Shown here piece by piece: positions 16,543 through 25,660 of a stretch of DNA of 34,413 bases. A model generated the notes under the pieces. It worked only from the letters and a program-made list of their open reading frames with translations, was not told where the DNA came from and did not search any database. Within the stretch, counting starts at the first letter, position 1. Each line of letters starts with the position of its first letter. The translations under genes were made by a program, and so were the position numbers. Origin of the DNA: Candidatus Iainarchaeum sp. (GTDB lineage Archaea > Iainarchaeota > Iainarchaeia > Iainarchaeales > JAFCCW01); assembly GCA_017609985.1 (NCBI GenBank), contig JAFCCW010000007.1:1-34413 (forward strand), in the 5' to 3' direction.

Positions 16543-16941
16543 ATGAAAATAGTTCTTGTAGCAAGCATGGAAAATGAGGTTGAGTTTTTTTCAGAGCTTG
16601 AAGAGCTTGTTTCAAAGCAGGCGCTTGGAATAGATTTTGAGCAGGTGATTGTTCCATCTCACGACAATCTTCCTGCTGCAGTTGCAAAGAATTCTGCTGG
16701 AGCCGACCTTGTTCTTGCAGTTGCCTTGTTTGAAGATGAAGAACAGGAAAAAGAATTTTCTGTAATTCGGGAAAAGCTTGTTGATGCGGAGATTTCTTCT
16801 GGTGTTTTGGTTCTCAAATGCATTCGCGTCTCCGAACTTGAACGCAAAGACCAGAAACAAGAATACATTGCAGAGCTTGCAAATGAATGGTCTGAAAAAA
16901 TTATTCAGGCTCTTTTCAAACCAAACCAATCTTTTCCATAA
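16543..16941 (+). CDS. Hypothetical protein, distant lumazine synthase/archaeal riboflavin synthase-like fold
   Basis: MKIVLV...IVPSHDNLPAAV...ADLVLAVA pattern parallels VPG.xxLP.A...D.V.A; catalytic motifs are degenerate. Confidence 0.45.
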   Translation: MKIVLVASMENEVEFFSELEELVSKQALGIDFEQVIVPSHDNLPAAVAKNSAGADLVLAVALFEDEEQEKEFSVIREKLVDAEISSGVLVLKCIRVSELERKDQKQEYIAELANEWSEKIIQALFKPNQSFP

Positions 16942-17818
16942 CTGCATCAATCTTTTTAGCAGTTTCTTGTGTAACATCCACAAGCGGAAGTCTTGGAACT
17001 CCCACAGCAATTCCCAGCTTTCTTAGCATGTAGTGTGCTGGCATTGGGTTGGTTTCAATGAACAGTGCATCGTACAGCTCTCTTATTTCATCATCAACTT
17101 TTTTTGCTTCTTCAAACTTTCCTTCAAGTGCTAGCTTTATTGCTAGCGAGGTTCTCTTTGGGTCTACGTTTCCAGCAACTGTGATGCATCCTGTTCCGCC
17201 TGACTTAATTATCTCGTGCGTTAACCCATCGTCTCCGGAAATAACATCAAAGTCAAGGTCTTTGCTCATTTCGATTATTTTTCTTATTTGTTCAATGTCT
17301 CCGCTTGCTTCCTTGACTCCAATGATGTTGTCAAATTCTTTGCCAAGCCTTATGTCTGTTTCAGGCTCGATATTTTTCCCTGTTCTGCCTGGCACGTTGT
17401 AGACAATAATGTCTGAGTCTGTTGATTCAGCTATTGCCTTGTAATGCTGGTAGAGTCCTTCCTGGGTTGGCTTGTTCTGGTAGGGTCCGATTGAGAGATG
17501 CGTTTCAATTCCTATGTCATCCATTTTTTTTGTGAACTCGATTGCTTCTCTTGTGCAATTGCTTCCGTCTCCGACAATTAATCTTGTTCTCTTTCCTGCG
17601 TGCTCTAGCGCAAGCTCTGCAAGTCTTACCTGTTCATCTATGGTGAGAGTGCAGGCGTGTCCAGTGCATCCTGCTACAACTATTCCATCTACTCCGCCTT
17701 CAATAACATAATCAATCAGTTGTTTGTATGCTTCTCCGTTCACTTCATGCATTAACCTGTTTCCATCTTCTTTCATTGATGTCACCAATGCTGGATAGCA
17801 TCCTTTTATTCCCGTCAT
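16916..17818 (-). CDS. dapA: 4-hydroxy-tetrahydrodipicolinate synthase
   Basis: IVYNVPGRTG, GVKEASG (Schiff-base Lys), SGDDG, ETNPMP, PRLPL; overlaps dapB. Confidence 0.9.
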   Translation of the reverse strand: MTGIKGCYPALVTSMKEDGNRLMHEVNGEAYKQLIDYVIEGGVDGIVVAGCTGHACTLTIDEQVRLAELALEHAGKRTRLIVGDGSNCTREAIEFTKKMDDIGIETHLSIGPYQNKPTQEGLYQHYKAIAESTDSDIIVYNVPGRTGKNIEPETDIRLGKEFDNIIGVKEASGDIEQIRKIIEMSKDLDFDVISGDDGLTHEIIKSGGTGCITVAGNVDPKRTSLAIKLALEGKFEEAKKVDDEIRELYDALFIETNPMPAHYMLRKLGIAVGVPRLPLVDVTQETAKKIDAVMEKIGLV

Positions 17819-18576
17819 ATTTTAGCCCCCTTGTCCAGAATCTCCTTCATCATATCGTCTATTGAAAAAAATCCTTTCTTTCCTTTAATCCATTCTGCTG
17901 CTTTGACTGCTCCTGTCGCAAATCCTTTTCTGTTTCTTGCTGTGTGTTTTAATTCAATTGTGTCTGCTTCAGAGTCAAAAAAAACCGAGTGAGTTCCCGG
18001 CACGTGCCCGCCTCTTACTGATGCAAGGTGAAGTTCCCTCTCATCAATTTGTCTGTCAAGTCTTCCTGTTTCAATCTTGTCCTTGCTGTCAAGTTCTTTT
18101 AGGAGAATGTCTCCAATGGATTTTGCTGTTCCGCTTGGTGAATCTTTTTTTCTTTTATGGTGTTGCTCAACTGCAAAGCAATCATATTCTGGAAAGCAAT
18201 TCAGTAACCTTGCTCCTTCCTTAACCATTCTGAAGAACAGGTTTACTCCTATTGAAAAATTGCTTGCATAAATGCATCCTGTTCCTGCTTTTTCAACAAT
18301 CTTTCTTGCTTTTTTTTCCTGTTCGTACCACCCGGTTGTGCCAATTACTGTGTTTTTTCCAAGCTCTGAAATTTTTTCAAGATTTGGGATTGCTGTTTCT
18401 GGTTGAGTAAAATCAATGCACACGTCTGCGTCTCCAATTGACTCTTTGCTTATTTCTTTGAAGTCTGCTTCTTCTGCAACAGGGTCAATTCTTGAAGCTA
18501 TTTCAATCTCTGTTTCTCTTGCAATATTTTCCACTTCTCTGCCCATTTTTCCGTATCCAATTATTGCTATTTTCAT
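17815..18576 (-). CDS. dapB: 4-hydroxy-tetrahydrodipicolinate reductase
   Basis: GYGKMG, IDFTQP, VIGTTGW, NFSIGVN, EQHHKRKKDSPSGTA, R.GFATGA. Confidence 0.95.
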   Translation of the reverse strand: MKIAIIGYGKMGREVENIARETEIEIASRIDPVAEEADFKEISKESIGDADVCIDFTQPETAIPNLEKISELGKNTVIGTTGWYEQEKKARKIVEKAGTGCIYASNFSIGVNLFFRMVKEGARLLNCFPEYDCFAVEQHHKRKKDSPSGTAKSIGDILLKELDSKDKIETGRLDRQIDERELHLASVRGGHVPGTHSVFFDSEADTIELKHTARNRKGFATGAVKAAEWIKGKKGFFSIDDMMKEILDKGAKI

Positions 18577-18588
18577 GAAACACCAGTT

Positions 18589-18705
18589 GTACGAAAGTTA
18601 TTAAAATAGTTTCCAAATATTGCGAAAGTCGTACTATTTTATATAAATAAACAAAAAACAGTACGTTTTTCGTATTAATGCGTTAGTTTTATAAAAAATT
18701 CGTAG
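18589..18705. promoter_or_regulatory. Divergent dap promoter region with repeated TACG-N5-CGTA-type Lrp/AsnC-like sites and two TATA elements
   Basis: Sites at 18589, 18620, 18661 and 18691; TTTTATATAAA at about 18637 and TTTTATAAAA at about 18687. Confidence 0.6.
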
Positions 18706-18717
18706 AGGGGGTTTTTT

Positions 18718-19908
18718 ATGGTGTTTGAAACTTGCCTAAACATGAGTGTGGAGAAAATCATTAACGCTCCTTATCCTTTTGATGTTGTTGATGCAAACAA
18801 GTCAAAGGCAAGAAAGAAATTCGGAGACAAGCTTATAGACTTTGGTGTTGGCGATCCTACTGACCCAACTCCTGAGCTTGTTCGTGAGAAAGCAAAGCAG
18901 GCTGTTGATTCTCGCGCCTCGTCCGGTTATCCTTCAACTTGCGGAATTTCTGAATTGAAGGAATCTATTTCCGGTTGGATGAAAAGACGTTTTTCTTCTT
19001 CTTTTTCTTCTGACGATGTTCTTCCTCTTTACGGTGCAAAGTATGCTGTTTTTCATATGCCGTTTCATTTTGTTAATCCTTGCAGTGAAGACTTTGTTTT
19101 GATTCCGAATCCAGGCTATCCTCCTTACACTGACGGCTCGGTTATTGCTGGCGCAAGCGTTCACTATCTTAACATGCTGGAAGAAAATGATTTTCTTCCT
19201 GACTTGTCCTCGGTTCCGGCTTACACTGCAAAGAATTCAAAAATTCTTTTTATTAACTCTCCTCATTCGCCAACAGGCAAAGCTTATTCAAAGGAGTTCC
19301 TGAAGCAGGCTGTTGACTTTTGCAATGACAACAACATTGTTCTTGTGAGTGATGAATGTTATAGTGAAATTTATTTTGGAAAAAAACCAGTAAGTGTTTC
19401 TTCTGTTAATGGAAGCAAGGACTGCGCAATCATAGTCAATTCTCTTTCTAAGCGAAGCAGAATGACGGGTTATGCTGTTGGATTTGCTGCTTCAAAGAAT
19501 CCTGAGCTTTTGAAGCCGCTTGCTTCTGTTCAGTCAAAAAGCATTCAGGGAATTCCTGATTTTCTTCAGGATGCTGCTGTTGCTGCTTTCAATGACGACA
19601 GCCATGTCTTGGAAATGAACAAGCTTTACAATGAAAGGCTTGAAGTATTGCTTCCTGCTCTTAAGTCTGCTGGGTGCAATGTGCGAAAACCTGATGGAAC
19701 ATTTTATTTGTGGGCTGGTGTGCCAAAGAATGAAACAGCTCTTTCATTCTCTGAAAAGCTTTTGCTTGAAAAGGGAATAAACTGTGTGCCCGGCTCCTTG
19801 ATAAGCACTGAATTTGAAGGAATTAATCCTGGTGAAGGATTTGTCAGGTTTGCTCTTGTCCCAAGCCTTGAAAAAACAAAGGATGCTGCAAAGAGGTTGG
19901 GGGAATGA
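18718..19908 (+). CDS. PLP-dependent class I/II aminotransferase, LL-diaminopimelate aminotransferase (DapL) or DapC-like
   Basis: IDFGVGDP, PNPGYPPY, NSPHSPTG, SDECYSEIY, SLSKRS, GFVRFALV; operonic with dapF-lysA. Confidence 0.85.
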   Translation: MVFETCLNMSVEKIINAPYPFDVVDANKSKARKKFGDKLIDFGVGDPTDPTPELVREKAKQAVDSRASSGYPSTCGISELKESISGWMKRRFSSSFSSDDVLPLYGAKYAVFHMPFHFVNPCSEDFVLIPNPGYPPYTDGSVIAGASVHYLNMLEENDFLPDLSSVPAYTAKNSKILFINSPHSPTGKAYSKEFLKQAVDFCNDNNIVLVSDECYSEIYFGKKPVSVSSVNGSKDCAIIVNSLSKRSRMTGYAVGFAASKNPELLKPLASVQSKSIQGIPDFLQDAAVAAFNDDSHVLEMNKLYNERLEVLLPALKSAGCNVRKPDGTFYLWAGVPKNETALSFSEKLLLEKGINCVPGSLISTEFEGINPGEGFVRFALVPSLEKTKDAAKRLGE

Positions 19909-20723
19909 TTTCTTTTTCAAAAATTCATGGCTTGGGCAACGACTTCATTGTTGTGAACGAGCTTTTGGAAGAGCTTGTTCCTGAGTCTCTGAAAAAAGAG
20001 TTTGCTGTAAAGCACTGTGCTCGTCACACAGAGGTGGGTGCAGACGGAGTTCTTTTTTTGCAAGAGTCTGCTGAAGCTGATTTCAAAATGCGCATATTTA
20101 ATTCTGATGGGAGTGAAGCAGAAACTTGTGTCAATGGATTAAGATGCGCTGCTTTTCAAAAAGCAATGCTTGACAAAAAATCTGAAGCAAATTATTCAAT
20201 TGAATCAGTTCAGGGAATTGTGAATGCTTCTGTTTCAGTTTCAAGTTCAAGTTCTGGAAAGCTGGCTGAAGTGGAAATAGAATTTCTTGGAACCACAAAA
20301 TATGTTGAGAGAAATTCTGTTGAAATTGGTGGCTGTGAATATGAGTATCATTTTGTTGATGTTGGCAATCCGCACGCGGTTGTCTTTATTGAAAGTTCTG
20401 TTTCCGAGTTTCCAGTTGAGGATGTAGGCCACAAGTTTGAATTTCACGAACGCTTTTCTCCTGCACGAACAAACACTGAATTTGTTAATCTGGTTTCTCA
20501 GGACCAGGTTAAAATGCGGGTTCATGAGCGGGGCGCATGCGAAACAATGGCTTGCGGAAGCGGAAGCATTGCCATAGTCATTGCAGGTGCAGAAAACAAT
20601 CTGCTGAAAAAGGAAACATGGGTCAAGGTAGAGCAGCCAGGCGGAGTTCTTGAAATCAATTATGGAAAAAAACTTCTGTTAAGGGGTGCTGCTGAAAAAG
20701 TTTTTGAAGGAGTGATTGAATAA
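19905..20723 (+). CDS. dapF: Diaminopimelate epimerase
   Basis: KIHGLGNDF, GADG, FNSDGSEAETCVNG, VGNPHAV, HERGACETMACGSG, PGG. Confidence 0.95.
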   Translation: MISFSKIHGLGNDFIVVNELLEELVPESLKKEFAVKHCARHTEVGADGVLFLQESAEADFKMRIFNSDGSEAETCVNGLRCAAFQKAMLDKKSEANYSIESVQGIVNASVSVSSSSSGKLAEVEIEFLGTTKYVERNSVEIGGCEYEYHFVDVGNPHAVVFIESSVSEFPVEDVGHKFEFHERFSPARTNTEFVNLVSQDQVKMRVHERGACETMACGSGSIAIVIAGAENNLLKKETWVKVEQPGGVLEINYGKKLLLRGAAEKVFEGVIE

Positions 20724-22006
20724 TGTGGTGGGAAAAACCAGGCAATCTTGAGGTTAGAAACAACAGGCTTTTTTTTGCAGGCAAGGACACTGCAGAACTA
20801 GCCAGTGAATTCGGAACTCCGTTGTATGTTTACAATGCTGAGAGAATCAAGCATAATTATTCTGCAATTGAAGACTCTTTCAAAAACTCTGGTTGCACAA
20901 ATTTTTCTGTTCAGTATGCGATGAAGGCAAACAGTTCTCTCGCAATCCTTTCACTTCTCAAGAATCTTGGTTCCGGAATTGATGCTACTTCTGTTGGAGA
21001 GGTAGAGCTTGCTTTGAATCTTGGTTTTCCAAAGGAAAAAATAATGTTTACTGGAACATCTGTTTCTAATCAAGACCTTGAACAGCTTGCAGAGCTTAAC
21101 ATTCTCATAAACATTGATTCTTTTTCTCAAATGCGCAGACTGGCAAAAATAGGTTTTGAAGGCCCTGTTTCAATTAGGTGGAATCCTGGTCTGGACGGAG
21201 AACTTCACACTCACGCAAATATTATCACTGCCGGCAAGTATGTAAAGTTTGGTATTCCTCAGAACAGGATTTTTGAAGCATTTGAGGAAGCAAAATCTTT
21301 GAAACTGGATGTTCAGGGTTTGCACCAGCATATTGGAAGCGGCTGGCTTGGAGAAGATGTAAGGTCTTTTATTGAAACTGTGTCCCACACTCTTGATGTT
21401 GCAAAAAAGGCTGAGGAAATCATGGGGCAAAAATTCAAGTTTATTGACTTTGGGGGCGGGCCTGGAATTCCATACAAGCGCGAGCAAAATCCTTTTCCAC
21501 TAGAAAAATGGGCTTTTGAAATAGTTGACACAGTCAAAGCCTCTGGTTTGTCTTCAGAAATAAGAGTTGAGCCTGGCAGATATCTTGTTGGTGATGCTGG
21601 CGTGCTATTGCTTGAAATAAATACTGTTGAAGAAAAAAATATTCCTGTTCTTGGAGTAAACGGCGGCTTCACTACTCTTGCTCGCCCTGCAATGTATGGT
21701 GCTTTTCACGAGCTAGTGGTCTGTGAAAATGTCAATGGAAGAAGCAGAAAAGAGTTTATGGTTGCAGGAAATCTTTGCGAGTCAGGGGATGTGTTCACTG
21801 AAGACAAGAAAACTCTTCGCGAGCTTCCTGTTCCAGAGGAAGGAAACAATCTTGCAATCCTCAATGCAGGAGCTTATGGCTTTGCAATGGCTAGTTCCTA
21901 CAATTCACAGCCCCTGCCAGCAGAAGTTTTAATTGAAAATGGAAAGCCAAGGCTTGTGCGGGAAAGAGGAACAATAAACAATATGTTTGGAAACCAAAAA
22001 AAATAA
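20723..22006 (+). CDS. lysA: Diaminopimelate decarboxylase
   Basis: FGTPLYVY, YAMKAN, HQHIGS, DFGGG, EPGRYLV, GNLCESGD, GAYGFAMASSYN. Confidence 0.95.
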   Translation: MWWEKPGNLEVRNNRLFFAGKDTAELASEFGTPLYVYNAERIKHNYSAIEDSFKNSGCTNFSVQYAMKANSSLAILSLLKNLGSGIDATSVGEVELALNLGFPKEKIMFTGTSVSNQDLEQLAELNILINIDSFSQMRRLAKIGFEGPVSIRWNPGLDGELHTHANIITAGKYVKFGIPQNRIFEAFEEAKSLKLDVQGLHQHIGSGWLGEDVRSFIETVSHTLDVAKKAEEIMGQKFKFIDFGGGPGIPYKREQNPFPLEKWAFEIVDTVKASGLSSEIRVEPGRYLVGDAGVLLLEINTVEEKNIPVLGVNGGFTTLARPAMYGAFHELVVCENVNGRSRKEFMVAGNLCESGDVFTEDKKTLRELPVPEEGNNLAILNAGAYGFAMASSYNSQPLPAEVLIENGKPRLVRERGTINNMFGNQKK

Positions 22007-22019
22007 TTTTTCCTGTTTA

Positions 22020-23192
22020 TCAGTCCATTATTTTAGGATATTTTTTCAGATAGTATTGCAGTGCAATTGGAAATCCAAAAGTTGTTATTAGTGACATGGT
22101 AACGATTGCAGTGTATAGTTCAATTGGAAAATTTGGAATGTTTTGTCTTGCTAATTCTGCTATGGCTAATTCTATTACTCCTCTTGAATTCATTCCCCAG
22201 CCGACAAGCACTAACTGTTTTGTTGTAAGTGTTGTGAATGGCTTTGCTGCCAGAGTCCCAATCATCTTTCCTATAAATCCGAGTGCTACGACTGTTAGAA
22301 TTAGTATTGGGTAAAGAATTATTGCCTGTATGTCAAAATTTAATCCTATTTGCAGATAAAAGAATGGGACAATTAATCCAAAAGTAACTATTTTCAGATT
22401 TTTTTCAACTGCATGTTCAACTTTTTGTGATTTGAATGCTTTTTGGAGAAGGAAGCCTGCAATAAGTGCGCCTATGATTGGGCCAAGGGAAAGGCTACTT
22501 GACAGGAGGGCAATTCCAAGTCCAATGATTATGGTTAGTGTAAAATATCTTTCTTGGCTGCTGCTTTTGAGCATTCCAAAAAATCTGGGAATAAGTTTCA
22601 GAGCAATAAAAACTGTCGCAAAAAATACAATTATTTCAAGCGGCAATAGAATAAGAGCTTGCATGCCTCCAGTCCCAATTAAGACAAGCAAAAGAGCTAG
22701 AAACAAGAGTTCAAAAACATTATCTGCTGTTCCTGCCACAATCATTATTTCGCCAAGTTTTGTTTTCAGAACTTTTTTTTGCATTAGTGCAATTGATTTT
22801 GTTGCTTCTGATGTAAGTGAAAGGCATGCTCCAAGAACAAATGCCACAATCAAAGACCAACCCATTAAAAGTGCAAAGACAAATCCCAGACAAAAAGAAA
22901 ACAAGACTGATGAGAATGCGATTGCTATTACATCTTTTGAACTTTTCTTTATTTTTGTTAAGTCAATTTCTAAACCTGTTAGTATCAATAGAAATATTAT
23001 TCCGAGCTCAGAAAGCAAAAGAAGGCTTGGTTTAATTCCGGCCGAAAAAAGCCATGCGAATAAAGGTAATCCCAGAAACAATCCGGAAATGATTTGTCCA
23101 ATTATTTTTGGAAATTTTAGTTTTGTTGAAATTTCTCCAAAAACAAAAGTAGTCAGGATTATGACAAAGAACAAAAGTAAGAAGTCAATCAT
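22020..23192 (-). CDS. Cation:proton antiporter (CPA2/KefB-like)
   Basis: About 12 TM segments; ELGIIFLLILTGLEID, GALIAG, GWGMNSRGVIELAIA. Confidence 0.9.
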   Translation of the reverse strand: MIDFLLLFFVIILTTFVFGEISTKLKFPKIIGQIISGLFLGLPLFAWLFSAGIKPSLLLLSELGIIFLLILTGLEIDLTKIKKSSKDVIAIAFSSVLFSFCLGFVFALLMGWSLIVAFVLGACLSLTSEATKSIALMQKKVLKTKLGEIMIVAGTADNVFELLFLALLLVLIGTGGMQALILLPLEIIVFFATVFIALKLIPRFFGMLKSSSQERYFTLTIIIGLGIALLSSSLSLGPIIGALIAGFLLQKAFKSQKVEHAVEKNLKIVTFGLIVPFFYLQIGLNFDIQAIILYPILILTVVALGFIGKMIGTLAAKPFTTLTTKQLVLVGWGMNSRGVIELAIAELARQNIPNFPIELYTAIVTMSLITTFGFPIALQYYLKKYPKIMD

Positions 23193-23628
23193 GGTATCCC
23201 TTTGTTAAAATTTGTTTTGAATAAAGATAAATGAAAATCAGATTTGATAAAAGCATTCCAATCGCAATGATTTGTTCTTCTGTAATAACTGCTGAATTAA
23301 TGTTGAACAAGGAAAGGTCTTTGAAAACAGCTAAGGTGAATGCGGTTATAATCAAGAAGAATGAAAGAAACCCAAAAATTTTTGAAGGCAAATTCATTTC
23401 CTGCCATTCGATAAGTATTTTAGATTTGCCGGCAATTTTTTTATTTATACTAAGTAATCCTAAAGTCAAAAGTAATATTCCTATTACTGGAAAAAAGATT
23501 TCTTCTTCAAATGTGAAACCAAAGATAGCAGTAGCTTTTATATCGATAAATAAAATCAAACCACTAAGCAAAATAAAAAAAGCAATAAATGCTTTTGTTG
23601 ACTGGTTGTGCCAAAATTTAAAAATCAT
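23185..23628 (-). CDS. Hypothetical 4-TM membrane protein
   Basis: Hydrophobic, AT-rich ORF overlapping the antiporter start. Confidence 0.65.
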   Translation of the reverse strand: MIFKFWHNQSTKAFIAFFILLSGLILFIDIKATAIFGFTFEEEIFFPVIGILLLTLGLLSINKKIAGKSKILIEWQEMNLPSKIFGFLSFFLIITAFTLAVFKDLSLFNINSAVITEEQIIAIGMLLSNLIFIYLYSKQILTKGYHD

Positions 23629-23736
23629 AATTTTAATATGTTTTGATATTACTTAAGCATTTCGGTGAACCAGGGGGTGTTGGGAATGCATAATCTAGTT
23701 CTCAAACCAAAAAGCAGATGCACTGATTTTTCTTAT

Positions 23737-24912
23737 CTATTTTTTTATTTGGGTTTGCTGTTTATTTCTTTTTTTCCTTTTTTTTGATTTCTTTTTCTTT
23801 TCTGTTTTGTCTGTTTTTTTGTTTTCTTTTTTGAATTTATTTTTTACTGCCTCGTGCTTTTTCTTTGTGTGAAGCATTGCTCTTGTTTCTGCAAGTTTTT
23901 CTTTTGTTTCTTCAAGCTTTTTTGCTTTTGATTCAGCCACGATTCTAAAATGATGTAGCAGGTCATCTGACTTTTTTATTTCTTTTCTCAAAAGAATCAT
24001 GCGTCTTTCATATTTTTCTTCTGCTTCGTCTCTTGCCTTGTTTTTTTCTGATTGCATGTTTATTATTTCCCGCGAATAAGCATTTCTAAGTTGCAGAGTT
24101 TCATGCTCTACATCCAAAACAATCTTTTTTGCATAATCTCTTTCTTTTTTCAAAACAGTTATTAATTCAAAACTTTTTGCTCCAAAATTATCAAATGCTT
24201 CTCTTTGCTCTGCAATTTTTTTATCGATTGCTGTGAGGGACTGTTGAAGTAGTTCAATTGATTTCTTGTGGTCTTTCATTTCTGCTGAAAGTTCTGTTGA
24301 AGTTTTTTCCATGTTTTGATTTGTTGTAATAAGGCTTTGTTCTAAATCAGAGCTTGTTTCTTCTTCCAGTGTTCCAAGATAGCTTTTCTTTCTCATGTTT
24401 TCGTATTTTTTCTTGAGCTGTTGCAATTCACTTTCTTTCTTTTCAAGAAGTTGCAGGATATCTCTTGCAGCACTTTTTCCTTCAATTGGCGTGCTTGAGT
24501 TTTTTCTCACAAAGATGACTAGTCTTTCTGCAAAGTATCTGCATCTGAGAAGCAGGGTAAGAATTTTTTGTTCAATCGAGGAATAAAGTTCTGGCATTTC
24601 CGCAACGTCTTTGAGATTAACTTTTTCCGAAGGGCTTCTTTTTTGTTCTAGTTCAAGATTTCTTTCAAGAAACGGCATTAACTTGTCAAATTCTCTGACG
24701 AGTTCATTTAATTCAATTGGGTTTTGAGCATGCAATAGTTCTTGTCTGATTTTGTCTGATTGGTCTCTTAGTTTTTCAAGCTTTGTTACTGATTTGCCAA
24801 GAGTCTCAACAAAAATATCTCTTGTCATTTCTCTCCAGTTTTGCGCAGAAACAATTTCGTGAAGATTGTTTATTTGCAGAACAAATTCTTCTGTAAGCTG
24901 TTCCAATCCCAT
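23737..24912 (-). CDS. Coiled-coil hypothetical protein with Lys-rich C-terminus
   Basis: Long E/K/L heptad-rich ORF; start taken at ATG 24912. Confidence 0.75.
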   Translation of the reverse strand: MGLEQLTEEFVLQINNLHEIVSAQNWREMTRDIFVETLGKSVTKLEKLRDQSDKIRQELLHAQNPIELNELVREFDKLMPFLERNLELEQKRSPSEKVNLKDVAEMPELYSSIEQKILTLLLRCRYFAERLVIFVRKNSSTPIEGKSAARDILQLLEKKESELQQLKKKYENMRKKSYLGTLEEETSSDLEQSLITTNQNMEKTSTELSAEMKDHKKSIELLQQSLTAIDKKIAEQREAFDNFGAKSFELITVLKKERDYAKKIVLDVEHETLQLRNAYSREIINMQSEKNKARDEAEEKYERRMILLRKEIKKSDDLLHHFRIVAESKAKKLEETKEKLAETRAMLHTKKKHEAVKNKFKKENKKTDKTEKKKKSKKRKKRNKQQTQIKK

Positions 24913-24950
24913 AAAATCAGTTAAATGATAGTGCAAGCTTATTTAAATTA

Positions 24951-25589
24951 CTAATGCTGTGCAGTCTGATAAATCCAAAAAGAATAAGCTAGAAGGAACA
25001 ATGTTGTGCCAAGCAGAGCTGCTATTCCAATAAATATTTGGTTGAACGCAATTGAGGCTGGAAAAACTATTGCAAGTACTTTGAACAGTTTGCCTCCCAG
25101 CTCGTGTGTCTTGTTCCATACATCGTCACTGCTTAGAGTCCACGGTGTCTTGATTCCAACAAACCAGTTTCTTTTTGCCTTGCCAATTACGATTCCGAGA
25201 TAGTAAAATAGGGCAGCCATTGCAATTGCCATTGCATAGTTTATTGGAAATTTGTATCCGAGAGACCATGCAAGTGTTAGTGCATAAATATAAATCATAA
25301 ATCCAACAAGCAAAACCATCATGTTCTCGTAATGCTCTTTGAATAATTCAATGTTTTTTTTGAGCGGATCAATTTTTGGAATCACAATGAAGAGACCAAT
25401 CATTGCAAGTGCAATTCCAGGCAGCATAAATAAGCCAAGTTTTTTGCTTATCTGTCCGTCAACTTCTCCAGCTGCATTCCAGTGGCTTGGCACTTTGTCA
25501 GGCATTGATGGATAGAGAAGCGCTCCACACACGAAAGCAAGCAAAACCAATGCAATTGCAATCCCTATTTTTTTCCTGTTAAGTTTCAT
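24951..25589 (-). CDS. SdpI/DUF1648 family membrane protein
   Basis: MPDKVPSHWNAAGEVDG, RNWFVGIKTPWTLSSDDVWNKTH. Confidence 0.93.
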   Translation of the reverse strand: MKLNRKKIGIAIALVLLAFVCGALLYPSMPDKVPSHWNAAGEVDGQISKKLGLFMLPGIALAMIGLFIVIPKIDPLKKNIELFKEHYENMMVLLVGFMIYIYALTLAWSLGYKFPINYAMAIAMAALFYYLGIVIGKAKRNWFVGIKTPWTLSSDDVWNKTHELGGKLFKVLAIVFPASIAFNQIFIGIAALLGTTLFLLAYSFWIYQTAQH

Positions 25590-25660
25590 AATAATCTTAT
25601 TCCTTAATCAGTATTTATTCATGTCTTTTTTGTTTTTTTTTGTTTTTGTTTTGTTTTTGG

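Noticed and set aside
22432-23208. 258-aa plus-strand ORF and other long overlapping ORFs in the track
   Set aside because: Antisense shadows of well-supported genes, with no recognisable motifs
23660-23736. Somewhat GC-richer intergenic stretch as a riboswitch or C/D sRNA; also a 33-codon ORF (MHNLVLKP...) after GGGGGTG
   Set aside because: No convincing stem set or box C/D pair; the ORF runs into T-rich sequence antisense to the neighbouring gene and has no other support
25621-25660. T/G low-complexity tract (similar tracts at about 1010-1040, 6620-6680 and 27310-27360)
   Set aside because: Ordinary pyrimidine-rich intergenic/terminator-type sequence
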